DNA from: Octopus vulgaris
Taxonomy: Eukaryota
Direction: 5' to 3'
Assembly (NCBI GenBank): GCA_951406725.2
Contig: OX597820.1
Coordinates: forward strand, 84,134,001-84,198,000
DNA: 64,000 bases
Of the stretch, positions 1 to 15,410 are shown in pieces. The translations under genes were made by a program, and so were the position numbers. Under the pieces are notes generated by a model. The model ran no database searches, was not told the origin of the DNA, and saw only the letters and a list, made by a program, of their open reading frames with translations. How positions within the stretch are numbered: the stretch's first letter is position 1; every line of letters starts with the position of its first letter.

Positions 1-695
1 ATGTGTTTATTTATAAATACATCATTTATGCATATACATACATATACGCATACAAATTATATAAGGTTATATAGAGCAGATTATTAATTTTCATAGATGT
101 CTATGCTTTCTCTAGTAATTTGCAGACAACATTTGTACTATGTGTTACATTGAGGCATATATGTATATATGTATGCCTGCACGTATTTATGTATATGTGT
201 ATGTATGTATGTATGTATGTATGTATGTATACACACACATATACAAACGTATGATACAGATCCATTCGTGACCGAGAAAAAAAACATTACTGGCCATTGC
301 CTATTGAAAATGCCAGCATCCAATACCCGTGTATTAGGTTATTGCATGATCCTTCGGTTTCATCGTGTTCACTGCTGCAGATTCCACGCTCGTTCCGGGG
401 CCTTCCTATTCGACCACGAATTGGATAGTAACCTCACCAAGGATTGCACAACCTAAATTTGATCTCCAATATAGATTGCAGTGTGCTTCAGAAAAGTCTT
501 CACTCCGCTGAGATGATGCAGAGACAAACCAGTGTAAGATATTCAGTGCCAATATGTTTCACAGACTCAGAAATGTAGGAATGCAAGCAAATTATTCCCA
601 AATGTTCAATGCCTTTCCCTGCATATTTCGTACATAAAATATGTACCCGTTGAAGATTTGGGTCGATATAATCGATTCAACCACTTCCCCTGAAT

Positions 696-740
<45 letters not shown>

Positions 741-749
741 GTTTCTTGG

Positions 750-1100
750 AATGATGTGTATACTGCATCCGTTGATGCTTTAAGTAAAGTTACTGAAGTG
801 AAAGAATATGTCTACCAGAACACCAAAGTTACTAAAGTCAGGTCATTCCTACGTAACCTACCGCCGTTTTAGTACCAACTTTTCGAGTACAAGACTGAAC
901 TCTTCGATTTATTCACAACCTGGAAATTATAAGTAACAATGTTATGAGTAAAACATAAATTTCACACCAACCTAGACACTGGCGAGTTCTAGGTAATATG
1001 AAGGAACAGACATTGGTTACGATGACTTGGTGTGTCGTATTGTATCATTCAGAAAGCACTTTGTGACCACTAAAGGATAAACTAGTACACTTTTCGAACG
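750..1100 (+). mobile_element. Degenerate Ty3/Gypsy-like pol fragment (RT/RNase H junction)
   Basis: Manual translation gives SKVTEVKEY...TKVRSFL, then frameshifted TYRRFSTNFS and QKA..LKDKL. This matches the Gypsy pattern KV.AI...P....VRSFLG...YYRRF..NFS / Q.AF..LK..L. Stops and frameshifts are present. Confidence 0.45.
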
Positions 1101-4100
1101 CTCAGCAGTGAAACTAAAATCTGGAGAGTAGACGAAAGACAACTGAGTACGTTTCCTGATAGTTCAGTAGCTTCGTGTAACACAACTGCAGCTGAAATAA
1201 TTTCGTTACTAGTTTACATGACGGTCATATAAAACGAACACACAAAGCGGAATACACAACCCACATTTAATACAACTTGTTTCCTAGTATGAACAATGAC
1301 ATACAGTCGTGTCTGCACATACTTCATGCAGATAAATATGCAGAAATAGTCACCACCTAAATGCAATCAATTGCCAAAGTAACGAGTACAATCATTACAT
1401 GGGAACAGTTATCTCTAAGCATGCATTTGCATATGTACTCACACTAACTTATTTATATAATCCTAATCCCTGCAAAAACTTTAGAGATCGGCTTTTTTTC
1501 CTTCTAAACATTTTAACAAAATACATCGTATATATACCTTAATATCAAATATGTATATAAGATCATATAAAGTATACAGTCGCATATATACTGGTATAAA
1601 AGCATACGCACATACATATATACAAAATACATACATAATTTCATATGTAAATACACTTCAACACACTCACATTCATAGACAATTAACAATGTCTGTCCAC
1701 ATAAATAAATGCACTTTAGGAGGCTCACATACACTTTCAGAAACACACACACACGCAACATATACATAAACACATTCAGGCACACACATACACACACATA
1801 TACGCACACAGCCACACACACACAGCCACACACACACACATGTATGTACAGAGATCGACATAGACATAGAAATCAACTTTAATATACCAAGAAATTTATC
1901 ACTGACAACGTCAAAAGTTTTAATAACAACTATTTATCAAAAACACTTCTCAAACAGCGTCCTAGTGATCTATCTTCATTGTCGTGTTTTCGTGTTTATG
2001 TTTTATCATAGTGTGTAAGTGAATATATGGGTGAATGTTTCCATGTGATTGTATGTCTTCCTCTGTGACTGAATGTGCTTTTGACTGTGTGAATGTGTTT
2101 ATATGCGAGTATGAGTTTGTGTATGAACGTATGCGTTTTGTGTGAAAGACTGCTGTATATTGATTTTCTCATTTGTTTTTAATACTGTTTTGGCACAGCG
2201 TTTCTTTCGGAAGGGGATAATATATTCGAATGATTGATCGAAGAGATGGATATATTATACAAGACTGGTGGACTTATGCTTCAAGTTCAAATTCTGCCAA
2301 CATCGCCATTGTCCTTTAAATAAACTGAAGCTTTGTTTGGTTCGAGTTTTTCATGACATCAAAGCTTCCCAACCACGATTTGGTCGATTTTGATGTGTTA
2401 TAACAATTATATCTTACAGTGCAGGATCAATATTTGCCATAATACAGTTAAACGCGATTGAAAGCTGAATTGGTTACTATTTCTAGCAACACTACTTGAC
2501 ATAGGTTTTCTTCTTTTCTTTGTTCATCAGTCGATTGTCTCTTTGATTTCTCTATCGGCATTTCGTTTACATATAGAATATATATCTTGACCAAGCATAA
2601 TATATTTTTACAATGTAAAGCAGATACAAATCGTTTTGAACACCGATTTCTATGCGGTAGTGACAAAACATCTGCGTGTATTTCATTGAAGATTTTTCGA
2701 CTGATAATAAACTTGCGTGTAACTTCTTTGAGTTGTTTGTGATGATTAGGTACAAGTAGGTACTGATTTAATTCCTAAATCAGTAGGAACAGATTTGTCA
2801 AGGAATATACACAACACAATCATTTCAGTGCCATTGTACTTAATATTGTTTTTCAAAACCGGTTTAATTAACCAAAATTACACCACTGTGAGGACATAAT
2901 TTCATTTCTTTAATGCTTCATTCAGGTCAGAAAAGGCTGGGAGCAAGAACTCAGAAATCTAAAATTCAACTGCAGTATGCAATGTTGAAGAAGTGTATAT
3001 TTTTGAGAGTGCCGTGACGATCTCAGATATTTTCACGCTGTATTAGTAGATCTACCGAACACAATTGAATTTAATAAATCATTGTTGTGAACAATAATCA
3101 GTCACTGTACAATTTGGTCTGCTAACCAAATATTTCCATATATATAAGTAAGAGATATGTTCTTTATCAAATTGACTTTGTATTCCAAGAGATAAGAGGA
3201 AATCAACTACGACAAATACTCGTCGTTGATAATTATGTTGAACATGAAAAAAACGAAGGCTACCGTCGGTCACCCTATAACCAAACGGATAAGGGGTTCA
3301 ACACCACACCAAAGCACCCTTCAAACGCCGGCTAACTAGCGACCTCTTAAAAATAGCTATAAAAGCATTTTTAAACCAGTCTTCTTTGACTTGTACAATA
3401 AACACGTGAGATGTTGAAGATTGGGTTCGTCATCGTTGGAATAGCTTTCATCAGACATCAGCTCAATAAGTGTAGGACTGTTGTTCAACAACTACAATTG
3501 ACACATGTTATAATAGAGGAATTTTACTTTAATATCGAGTTCCAAATAAAGAAGGAACCCTGTATGTATATACTGGAGCTGATGAAAGTGACAGCGAAAT
3601 TTTCCTCAAATCAAAATATATATCGCATCACGTTATGCCTTTCGGGTCTGTTTTCAGTGCGGGTTTGACATGGCTTGTTTAGAAGGCGAGTAGATAATAC
3701 AAAGGTAATGTTAAGGTGAAATGTAGAGACATCTGCACAAGCATGAGTTGTTCGATTTCACACTAAGGAAATGATTAATGCCCCGTAGAAAAGGAGAGGA
3801 GGAATACAACGGAACCTGGTATAATGAGGAATTGATGTCATATGGTAAAGGAAGTTACTTGTCAACATTCTTGATGAAAGTGCGATCTGATAGAAAAATA
3901 CGGATTCAACAGATAAGAGAGACAAAGAAAGAGAGAGGGGGGAGAGAAATGGGGAGAGAGAGGGAGGGAGAGAGAGAGGAAGTTGGAGTCCATTGTCTGG
4001 TAGATTGATAGGAGAATTCTACTGTCACATTTGTGAAAAAATAAGTATCGAAATTTATCTTATGCACCTGGGTATATATAGATGCATTTCTTTTTAAGTT

Positions 4101-4492
4101 CAAAGTGCTTGAAAGAGCTAAGATTCCCGAGCTAAAATTGTATATCTTGAATCCCTATGATTCAAAACATACTCTATCGACTTCATACACATGAAACTAA
4201 CGACATTTTTTTTTTTTCGATTATTTCCATCCATGTTTGTAACTCATGGCTTCTGTTCCTATTAATATACTCATTTCGTGAGAATAATTTGACTTTAAAC
4301 TTTTTGCTTTTACACTTCTGCTCGTATTCTTTTTCGCCTCACGCATCAAAGTATGATTGTTATGCAGAAAGCTTCGACCAAGTTTAGATATTTGCTGTCA
4401 TCACCTAATATAGGCTTAGAATCTATTCTTAAATTGATATAATGTTTTAGTAATACCAAAATTATTGTTTTAGTGTAAATACTTTCACTGAC

Positions 4493-4633
4493 TGGGTATC
4501 TGGTCGGCATTATAACCGATCTGGCTATTCTCTTCCCGAGTACTTCCAGATGCGGAGCTCCTATGGACCATTTCCGGATATAGTTGGCCGACGAGGGAGA
4601 ACTGCCGGTTCGAGATAGAGACACGGGAACGCT
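4493..4633. other. GC-rich exon-like island, product unknown, strand unresolved
   Basis: Non-repetitive, relatively GC-rich block in AT-rich DNA. Minus-strand model: ttcttacAG / 4631-4493 / GTcagt, open as VPVSLSRTGSSPSSANYIRKWSIGAPHLEVLGKRIARSVIMPTRYP. Plus-strand model: tacttccAG / 4550-4633 / GTaaga, 84 nt, open as AELLWTISGYSWPTRENCRFEIETRER. Confidence 0.35.
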
Positions 4634-4867
4634 GTAAGAATGACTTGCTCCAAATATGTTCCGAACAACGGAAACTTCTTACACGAATTCATTCAGTATC
4701 AGTATATAGCATCATCAACATCATCATCATTATCATCACCAACACTACCGTCACTTTCACCAGCACCACCAACAACAACATCACTAGCACCACCAACATC
4801 ACTAGCACCAACAGAACCAGTTCAGTTACTGGTGTTATTGATGCTACTGTTGGTGATACTGCTTTAC

Positions 4868-4883
4868 AACAACAACAACAACA

Positions 4884-4927
<44 letters not shown>
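4868..4927. repeat. (CAA)n-(CTA)n compound microsatellite
   Basis: Directly visible tandem trinucleotides. Confidence 0.95.
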
Positions 4928-5117
4928 AAATACATTTCTTAATGTATATCTTTTAAGCTAATAAAACTATAATAAAATTACGAGCCTTCTATATTACATC
5001 GCTAATATTTTACTATTTTACCTCCTCTATAGGAGGTCGAAGCCTTGACCAAACTATTTTTTCTTAGTTACATATTCATTTAAATTCTTCTTTTTACTGG
5101 TGCTGTTTATCTTCTTT

Positions 5118-5266
5118 TCTTCTTCTTCTTCTTCTTCTTCTTCTTCTTCTTCTTCTTCTTCTTCTTCTTCTTCTTCTTCTTCTTCTTCTTCTTCTTCTTC
5201 TTCGTTTCATTTTTCGTATGTACATAACACACAAGTACACATTTATATGATTTTTATATACAAATG

Positions 5267-5340
<74 letters not shown>

Positions 5341-5366
5341 TACATATATATACCTGTGTTTGTGCG

Positions 5367-5406
<40 letters not shown>
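5118..5406. repeat. (TCT)n tract followed by (TA)n tracts
   Basis: Directly visible; accounts for the poly-S/poly-R/IY ORFs. Confidence 0.95.
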
Positions 5407-5411
<5 letters not shown>

Positions 5412-5943
5412 GATGTATATGTGTGTATGTATATATATTGATTTATGATGTGTGAATTTATACACTTAAACACATTAAGCGTGCGCATATATATTTACAC
5501 GTATACAGAATATTGACATATATGGTTTTCAATCGTTTAAAAATAATTTTCCCTTTACCCTGACATTATAGGTTAGGCATCAACATATCACCATACATAT
5601 ATATATATATACACATACATTCATTTATTCAACATCGAACTATTCATCAGCAAGATAAGCGAGCTACACAGCTAGGCAGGCTTCCAAGATTGATAACCAA
5701 CCAACCTATCAGACAGCAGGGCTACATTGCACCCAAACAGCTAGTTATCTCTCATGTATTGCCAGAGTAAACGGCTAATATGATCGAGTGAAAGAGTTGT
5801 GCTATCATACGTCGCTAGGTGTAACTTAAACCAAATTAGCTGACATCCAACAAGAAAACCAATGTGCTTATCCGTTACAGCAGAGTCAACAGGTGAGATC
5901 ATTGCACGGTTATACAGTGTTTACACACACACACACACACACA

Positions 5944-5997
<54 letters not shown>

Positions 5998-6820
5998 TAT
6001 ATGCACAAATACATGCAAACTCACACTTGTATATATATATATATATATATGTATGTTGTTGTTTTTGGTTTTGCTCACTTATAATAAAAAAAAACAAATT
6101 TACATTCATCAGATGATTTACTCGATTTTTTAGTTGAGTTCAAATTCATTATTTTTATACAAGAATGTTGTCGACAATGACTTCGATGTTTCAGGCAACT
6201 CAGCCAATGTCGTTTTCGGTGGCCGAACACCTATCACAGGAAACAGTTTTGAATTTCTCTGAATGTTTTTCGGGATCCATGAAATTATTTTGCTATACAC
6301 CGTAAGAGTATATAAAGCTAATTTTAAACGGGTAATGTGTTTACACAGAACGAATGGCCCTTAAGTACCAGATGTAGCTTCAAAGCTATTCGTTTCTCGG
6401 ATTCAAATGTTCGAGGCTCCATCTCATTCACACCAAATAAACCATCCCATCTCTTATTAGCTCTATCTCACTTGCTTCTGTACCAGTGAAATTTACGCCG
6501 AAATCACACCCCATATTATGCGTTTTCATTTCGTTACTCGACGCACGGCTTTCTTTCAAATCCGTGCTATCAATCAGACCGCTTCAATCCCCGTAATCAA
6601 TCCACGCTTAAATCACCTTTAAAATCCAAAAGACACCTTAATTGTCATGTTTGGAATGGTTTTGATCACAGGCTTGTTCAATCAGGCCTGCTATCACATT
6701 TAAACAAACACTACTTCATATTTAGAAAGGTATCATTATATCATTATTCTCTGTCTACGAAATATGCATTTCATTCCATACAATATTCTCAAAAGTAAAA
6801 ACAGATTCCGTTAATCACGC

Positions 6821-7029
6821 TGGCTTCAAATTATGGCACAAGGCCAGCAATTTGAGAGAAGGGAGTAAGCCGATAACATCGGCTCTAGTACTCAAAGATT
6901 ACTTATCGTCACCGAAAGGATGAAAGATAAAGTCGACCTCTGCGGAATTTGAACTCAGAACGTAAGGATGAACGTATGTCATTAAGCATTTTACCCAGCG
7001 TGCTAACGTCTCTGATAGCTCGCAGCCCT
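6821..7029 (-). mobile_element. tRNA-derived SINE, family B
   Basis: Reverse complement reads ...gttagcacgctgggtaaaatgctt...cttacgttctgagttcaaattcc...gaggtcgacttt...ctggccttgtgccataatttgaagcc; homologous to the copies at 17961, 40811 and 43523. Confidence 0.85.
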
Positions 7030-7149
7030 ATATTGTAGCACGCACTAGTATAGATAACTGGAGGTAGACAGCAATTTGTATGTCCTCTTACAAATCCAAC
7101 ATCGTCTCTATCCGATATGAACTCTATGATCCTCTACAGGCATACAAAA

Positions 7150-7290
7150 AACAGGCTTAGCGGTTCGTCAAAAGGAACAGACAAAATACCTATAAGAAGT
7201 TAAGTAGGTACTGGGGTCGATTCGTTCGACTAAAATTCTTTAAGGTCGTACTCCAGCTAGACTGCAGTCTAATTACAGAAACAATTAAAA
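7150..7290 (+). mobile_element. SINE family A, 3' fragment
   Basis: cttagcggttcgtcaaaagg...ggggtcgattcgttcgactaaa...ctccagc...gcagtc...gaaacaa matches the 3' half of the SINE A copies at 31678 and 33425 in reverse complement. Confidence 0.7.
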
Positions 7291-7694
7291 ACAGCGTGGT
7301 TGTAGAAAAATCACCGTATACCTATTTTGTGAAAATAAACGCCACACAACAAACTTCATGTCAGAATGCATAACACAGCTTCTCCAACAGTCGAAGAAAC
7401 GGAATATCTTCATCACTGTATCTCTCGATCTCATTAAGCTTTTCGGTTGACTAAGCTTTCAGTCATGACTCACCAGAAGTATACAACCGCAGTAGTAACA
7501 ACAACAAAGGCAGCAGCAGCAGAAGCAACAGCAACCACAACACCAACAGTAACTACAGTGGTTGTTGTAGCAACAGCAAACGGATATCTGTGCTCCGTTA
7601 TCGTATCGTCTTATAACCCTAAGCTAATGATCCACATCACTAACTATATGTGTATTCTGAGTTGGAGTATCAGATTTATTTATAATGAACAATG

Positions 7695-8879
7695 AAGGCG
7701 TGGGTGTGCAGAGGTCAACAGCAACAACAGTTATAAATCCGTACGGTATTTAGACTCATTCTCTCCATAACCAAAGTTCAAATATTTGATGAGGTCATTG
7801 TTTTGGTGTTTCAGGGGTCAATGATAAACACAGAACTAATAGATTACGGTCGATTTAATCCACTAAACGCTTACTTCATAAATAAGAGCTCCAATGATAA
7901 TTATTTCTTCCAATAGTAATGTATTAACACGAAGTAGAGAATTTGTAGTCTTATTGGATCTCTTAGAGTATCCCTTTAGCTTTTCTTTTCAGTTCTATTT
8001 GCCATGAGTTCTAATCCTGCTGCAGTCAACTTTATTCCCTATAATTTCAGAGCCGATAAATAAAATGCCAGTAAATGTACGGGTGTCATTTTCCATTCAT
8101 TCTTTTCTCTCTCCATTGATAATTTACCTTCTCCATAGATTATAATTGAATTGCGCAGGCTTGTCACATAGTAACACACCTGTATTTTGCACTGATAAAA
8201 CTCTGGACTGCGGATTGCTGAACATTTTAAGCGTTAATTTCATAAAACAAGAAAGAATTCAAGTGATTGAAGAACTCAAAGCTAGTATTCAGCGTGACAA
8301 TATATCCAACATTATGAATTGATTATTTTAAAGTTCTGCCTTCGAAGAGTGTCGATGTTCACTATATTCTTCCATCTTTTAGGTCGAGATAGCATAAATA
8401 AATGCGAGACACCTGCTTTTATCTGATCGATTACATCAATCCCAATCAATTAAAAGGTATTGTGAGGAAACGAAAGAAAACTGCTCACATGCTCATATTA
8501 CTAATATCTATGTATATATTCTCTTACACTGTTACGTCGATTTATGCTCTCAGTTCAAATCCTACAACGTACTTCTTTCTTTTTTTATCTATCTGTGATG
8601 GGCATAATAAAATCCAGTTAAGTACAGATTTGAAAAGAATTGAATAAACGCCTTTCTTCAGAATTGCAGTACTTTTACATAAATTAGGAACAGAATGCTG
8701 GAGAAATGTTTGGCGGCATTTCGTCTATCTTTAGGATTTCAGTTCAAATTCCCTTGCTGTCAACTTTACTGTTCATCATTTCAGGGTCGATAACATAAGT
8801 ATCAGCTGAGAACTGAAGTCGAGATGATCGATTTACCCCCTCCCAGAAATTGCTGAACTTGTGCCAACTTTTGAAACCG

Positions 8880-8880
<1 letters not shown>
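7695..8880 (+). mobile_element. Head-to-tail cluster of about five SINE B relics
   Basis: Recurrent agttc(a/t)aat...gtc(a/g)a...gtcgataa...cag modules near 7770, 8005, 8330, 8550 and 8740, all in the same orientation. The last copy (8695-8880) is the best preserved. Confidence 0.6.
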
Positions 8881-9070
<190 letters not shown>

Positions 9071-9489
9071 ATTATTTTTTGTTCTTCCTCCTTCAATTTT
9101 GTTTCCATTTTTTGCCCGCTGTCTTCCCAATTCCTAGGCCAATCAAACCAGACGCACCGGAGTTTTCGTTTTCAAAAATGAAATGAAGTTATGTGAAAAA
9201 GCAAAGAGAAATACATTGGCAGTAATCATTCTCATATCGGCAATGCTATTCTCAATATGTGTGACGTACCAGTTAGAACAATCTCTTCTACTCCTTACGA
9301 GTCTAATAATCCACAGCATTTCTGTAAACATTGCAAGTGTAATTTCTGTTTCCCACACCCTAGCATTATAAGTATTTACTCATTGATAACACACATGCAT
9401 ATGTCAATGCATACATGCATGCATACATACATACATAAATACATACATACATACACCCATACATACATACATACATACATACATACATG

Positions 9490-10135
9490 TTGGCATTCGA
9501 AAACCAAGATAAAAGCAATTCTGGAAAGATAATTCTAGAAGTTAAGCCAAAGCTCACAGTGAGGGACAGCAGAATAACGGAACGAATACTGAAGAAAAAA
9601 TCATCGAATTATAGCAGTAATTGCGACAGCAGAGCAAAATCATCACCTTGCTAAACCTGTGTAAATCCAACAGCATTCGTTGTTAGTTCCATGAAGCTGG
9701 ATTTCATGGGAGAACTGCGTTTCCTGAATCACTCTTCTCCGTAATCATCATTGATGACAGAAAAAAATGTGTTGATGATCAGTAGTGGTCAATTGCGTAA
9801 TAGAATAATGTCATCTCCTCGGATGATTCATCATTCTCATTTTTTTCTTCCCTGATGTTAGTGTAATCATCCAGGACGATAATGCATCAATTCACATTTC
9901 TAATGATATTCATAATTGCTATGAAGTGAACAAGAGTGAAGTAGAGCAAATGGCTTGAACATCTAAATCACTCCATTCTAAAATAATGGGACATGAATAA
10001 TACACAGTCACTACAACTACCAGCATGTATACTAATCGAAATAAGTGACAAAGACGTTAACAAACGAAGTGAGATACATTTTAAGTCACCTGATGAGAAA
10101 CATTTGCACTTTTGAAGGCTAACAACTGGTTGTAT
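9490..10135 (+). mobile_element. Tc1-like (DD34E) transposase relic, internally deleted
   Basis: Frameshifted translation gives KPKLTVRDSRITERILKK/NHRIIAVIATAEQNHHLAKPV, HEAGFHGRTAFPE, NVISSDDSSF (= VIFSDES), IIQDDNASIH (= FQDDNAPIH), MA*TSKSLHSKIM (about WP.QSPDLNII) and ALLKAN (about AVLKAKGG). Confidence 0.8.
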
Positions 10136-11469
10136 ATTATCTCACTCGCAGGGCACCGATTTACGATCGGTCGAAACGATCATAATGAATAATAAAAAAA
10201 ATATCAATGGATTCTATATTCTTTCACTCATATGTTTTATATATATCTCTCTCTCGGTATGAATATATATGTAGGGGTAGATTTATAGATATAGATCTAT
10301 AACATATAATATCTGTGTGTCTTGATATGACTGAACTCACATATATTTTCCAATACATTGAAAACAAAACATGACCGTTTTTATATATCATAAAAGAGGT
10401 GTATATGTATATAAATATACATACATTTCGACAAACTTCTTTTATATAAGTCAAAACTACAGCGAAATATATTATCGTTGGGAAAAAACTTTTGTCCAAT
10501 AAGGTATGAAATCTATTACCAAATATGATTATACGTTTTTGTCATGAGTGAATGCCTAGCATCCAATTTTGACTGTTCAATAAACCATGCTGCAATACCC
10601 GCATTTACTTGTGTGAAATAATTTTAATACATATATATTAATTTTACTAAACATATAATCACACATACTTAAGTAGCTATCATTGGGTACATGTTGATAT
10701 CATTGTATCCTTGTAGGTTCGCATGACTAACTGTGCTCTCCTGTCTCTGCATATTGCCAGTTGACAAGGAACGCAACTCTGTTTACATTACCGATGTTCT
10801 TACATATAAACACAGTTTCGTGTGTCACATAGGTAGCTAGAAACGATGGCCTCTTGGAGCTAATCTACGGCAGCATTAGTCCTATTTTTTTTTTTTGACT
10901 GCCATGTTAGCTTGGCGATAACTATTAATATCCAGTACCGCTGCGGTAGTCTCCTTTACAGAGACATAGAAATATTAATATGTCTATGGACTTATTTAAT
11001 ATGTGACAAACATTTATACGTGATGATTTAACATACATATGCTGTTTTCTGTTAAATTTTGTCTTGTTTACGCTGTTGTCATTAGTTTATACGTTGAATA
11101 TCGACTGTCAGAATGGATAATCGCCACGTTATCCCGTTCCTGTTTAGTTGAAAATAAACTGAGACCTGTATCAGGTGCGTTCATGGTATAAATTCTATTG
11201 AAGTTCAGAACTGGGTGATATATAACGATTTCATAACACAATTAATTAAATACCATTAACCCCTCAATTGGTAAAAGAAATGAGAGGAAGAAAATAAAAC
11301 CTAGTTATATTTAATGTTCCTTGAAGAAAAGTGGGGTTAATTTCGAGGCATTAAACATTAATTTCTGAAGTTACTATGCAAATTTAGAAAGTAAGTTTGA
11401 AAGTTTTGTGTAGAGAAACAATAACTAAGGGGATGCATCGGCCTGTTAGAGCTTCATGCTATTATATGC

Positions 11470-11692
11470 ATGCATGTATGTATGTATGTATGTATGTATG
11501 TATGTATGTATGTATGTATGTATGTATGTATGTATGTATGTATGTATGTATGTATGTATGTATGTATGTATGTATGTATGTATGTATGTATGTAGGTAGG
11601 TAGGTAGGTATGTATGTATGTAGGTATGTATGTATGTACGTACGCATATACGTATGCACGTATCTATGCATGTACGTATGTATGTATCTATC

Positions 11693-11729
<37 letters not shown>

Positions 11730-11730
11730 T
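11470..11730. repeat. (TATG)n / (TAGG)n / (TA)(TG) compound microsatellite
   Basis: Directly visible. Confidence 0.95.
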
Positions 11731-11879
11731 GCGTCGGCACCCCCAGACGATGGAGTAGGCTAGCCCAATACGTAGATATAGAGGGAGAAGCTAGACGTCG
11801 AGGAGTTGAGTAGAGGTCATCCGAACGTACGATATAACAGTATATCTATATGATGGACTCTCCCGTCGAAAAAGATATA

Positions 11880-12215
11880 TGGGTGTTCAGCTTTTGCCGT
11901 AGGAACAACACAAATGATTTGTTTGTAGTGAGCAAATATATATGCCGTACATTAGCCCATTCCCACCATCAAATCGATGTTGTCTGAACAGGTACACAGT
12001 GTACCACACGCCAGGAATTGAAGTGATTGCAAACAATTCTGTCGAACGGGCAAATTCATCAAGTGGTTTATATTGTCATAAATAAATATAATATAATCTG
12101 GACAAACTTGGCCTGACGTGATGACATATTGTACTCCCTTATTCAATGATACCAGTGTTCATGGTGTGGTACTTATATAAAAGAGTTCGGGTGGAGATTT
12201 TCTTTTCTTATGCAT
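11880..12215 (+). mobile_element. Possible Tc1 3'-end relic
   Basis: Weak FCRRNNTNDL / tacattagcccatt (about DLSPI) signal; ends in a ttttcttttctta tract similar to the Tc1 terminus near 62185. Confidence 0.3.
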
Positions 12216-12257
12216 ATCAACATAGGTGCTTGGTATTCGTTAACTAATTATGTGTGC

Positions 12258-12301
<44 letters not shown>

Positions 12302-13589
12302 TCAATCATAGTTAACTGTGTGTCTACGTATGTGTATCGGTGTGTCTATTTATAACGATACGCCATTGCTTCACTGTATGTTATGTTCGAAATTCTAACT
12401 TTATACTTATTTGTCACTCAATCATGGTGTAAATAGACTTGTAAGTAGCCCGAGGATACAAAGGAAATTATTGAACAAAGATGCGTCACTCTGGCTCACA
12501 TCGTCTCATCTATTTTCAGTTAATGTCTCACGAAAAAAGGAACAGGTGTTTTCTTACTTCCATAAAAATACTGTGTCGAAGTGTAGGAATATTTTGCTGC
12601 TATTTCTAGCAGGCAGATGCACTGGCCATTAACAGTCTACCGCGTAATAAATCATCAATACCTATACTGCAGAATGTTATATAAGACAACTGATTCTGTT
12701 AATGTAAATGCACGCGACTGCAGTTCAAGTGCAATGCATTTAGGCCATCGCTTTTTCTCCCTTCATGTTGTATTTATGTAGTCTTAAAGCTGTTTAACTT
12801 ACTACAAGAAGAAAATGTAATACAGTTTGTGTTTATTGCAACTTTCTTCAGAGAAGTAGTGTAAGTCAAAACTTAGAAGCATTTGTAACTGGATATTGTC
12901 GATAAAAAATATTGGAAGAACATTTATTTAATTATTCGTCATAGATTGTTCTGGTTGGTTATATAACATAAACTCATTGATTGCAGATATCCCATTGTGC
13001 AATTACAAATTCAGTGTTTTTATGACTGCTGGAATGACAAGAGAATGTCTGTAATTCTGTCGCGAACAAACGTCTTTGGAGACTTCGTTCGTAAAAGACA
13101 AGCTTTTACGGTTTATATGCCCGTGGATGTATAAACATTGCCATATGATATAAACGCACTCATGCACAATGACATATACGTAAGAATGTATGAATATATG
13201 TAGGTGTATGCATATGAGTGCATGTGTATATGTGTTTCTGTATTTGTGTGTGAGTATGAATGTGTGAATGTGTATGTATGCAAACACACGCCCAGGTAAT
13301 CCTAGGATTATTTCAGTTAATCGAAATGTTTAAACTCACTATAATGCAGGAGATGTGCGACGCTATCATATTTATCTTTTGAAATAAAAACACTCCCCTA
13401 AGCTATTTTCGCTAAACCCTATTGTTACCATTCATAATCACTTTCTATTTCTGCGTGTACAAATCACTGTGAATATAGCGAAATAAGGGGGTTATTATTC
13501 GCTCGTATAACATCTAACCCAGCTGATTCAAATTATTTCCATTAAATAGTTGGTTTAGAAAGAAAACATATATCTGATAGCTCCCTTAT

Positions 13590-13750
<161 letters not shown>

Positions 13751-14119
13751 GGTTAGCTCATGTTACACTTTAACTCCGTTTTGTGTTGTTTTAATTACGG
13801 AAGCACTGCCATAGGGTGTTTGTCTTCTAGTTCTATGCATAAGCATAGTTAATCGACTCCTTCAAATTATTATATAATTACTACAATCTAAATATGCCCC
13901 ATCCTACACACACGTATAACCACATCACGACACACACGTATAACCACATATGTGTAAATACATTTATATATGTACATGCATGTGTGTATACATTGTTTAA
14001 GAAGACCGTTATCTAAGTTTCTGGATTCGTCCAAATGCCAAGCATCTAGTGCAATTTCCTTCTAATATCTTGACAAAAACAGCCCGATAGGTGAAGCGCG
14101 ACATGGCGAGGGATTGCTG

Positions 14120-15410
<1,291 letters not shown>

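Noticed and set aside
290-630. GC-richer stretch with GRPR on the minus strand (transposase or exon?)
   Set aside because: No further transposase motifs and no consistent exon model could be read.
3578-3605. ctgatga-aagtgacagc-gaaa hammerhead-like spacing
   Set aside because: The intervening bases cannot form stem II; this is expected by chance in 64 kb.
10088-10102. CTGATGAGAAA as a minimal hammerhead
   Set aside because: There is no stem II or flanking helices, and it lies within the Tc1 transposase C-terminal relic.
11745-11813. RTE-like C-terminal motif (RWSRLAQ)
   Set aside because: Too short to support a LINE assignment.
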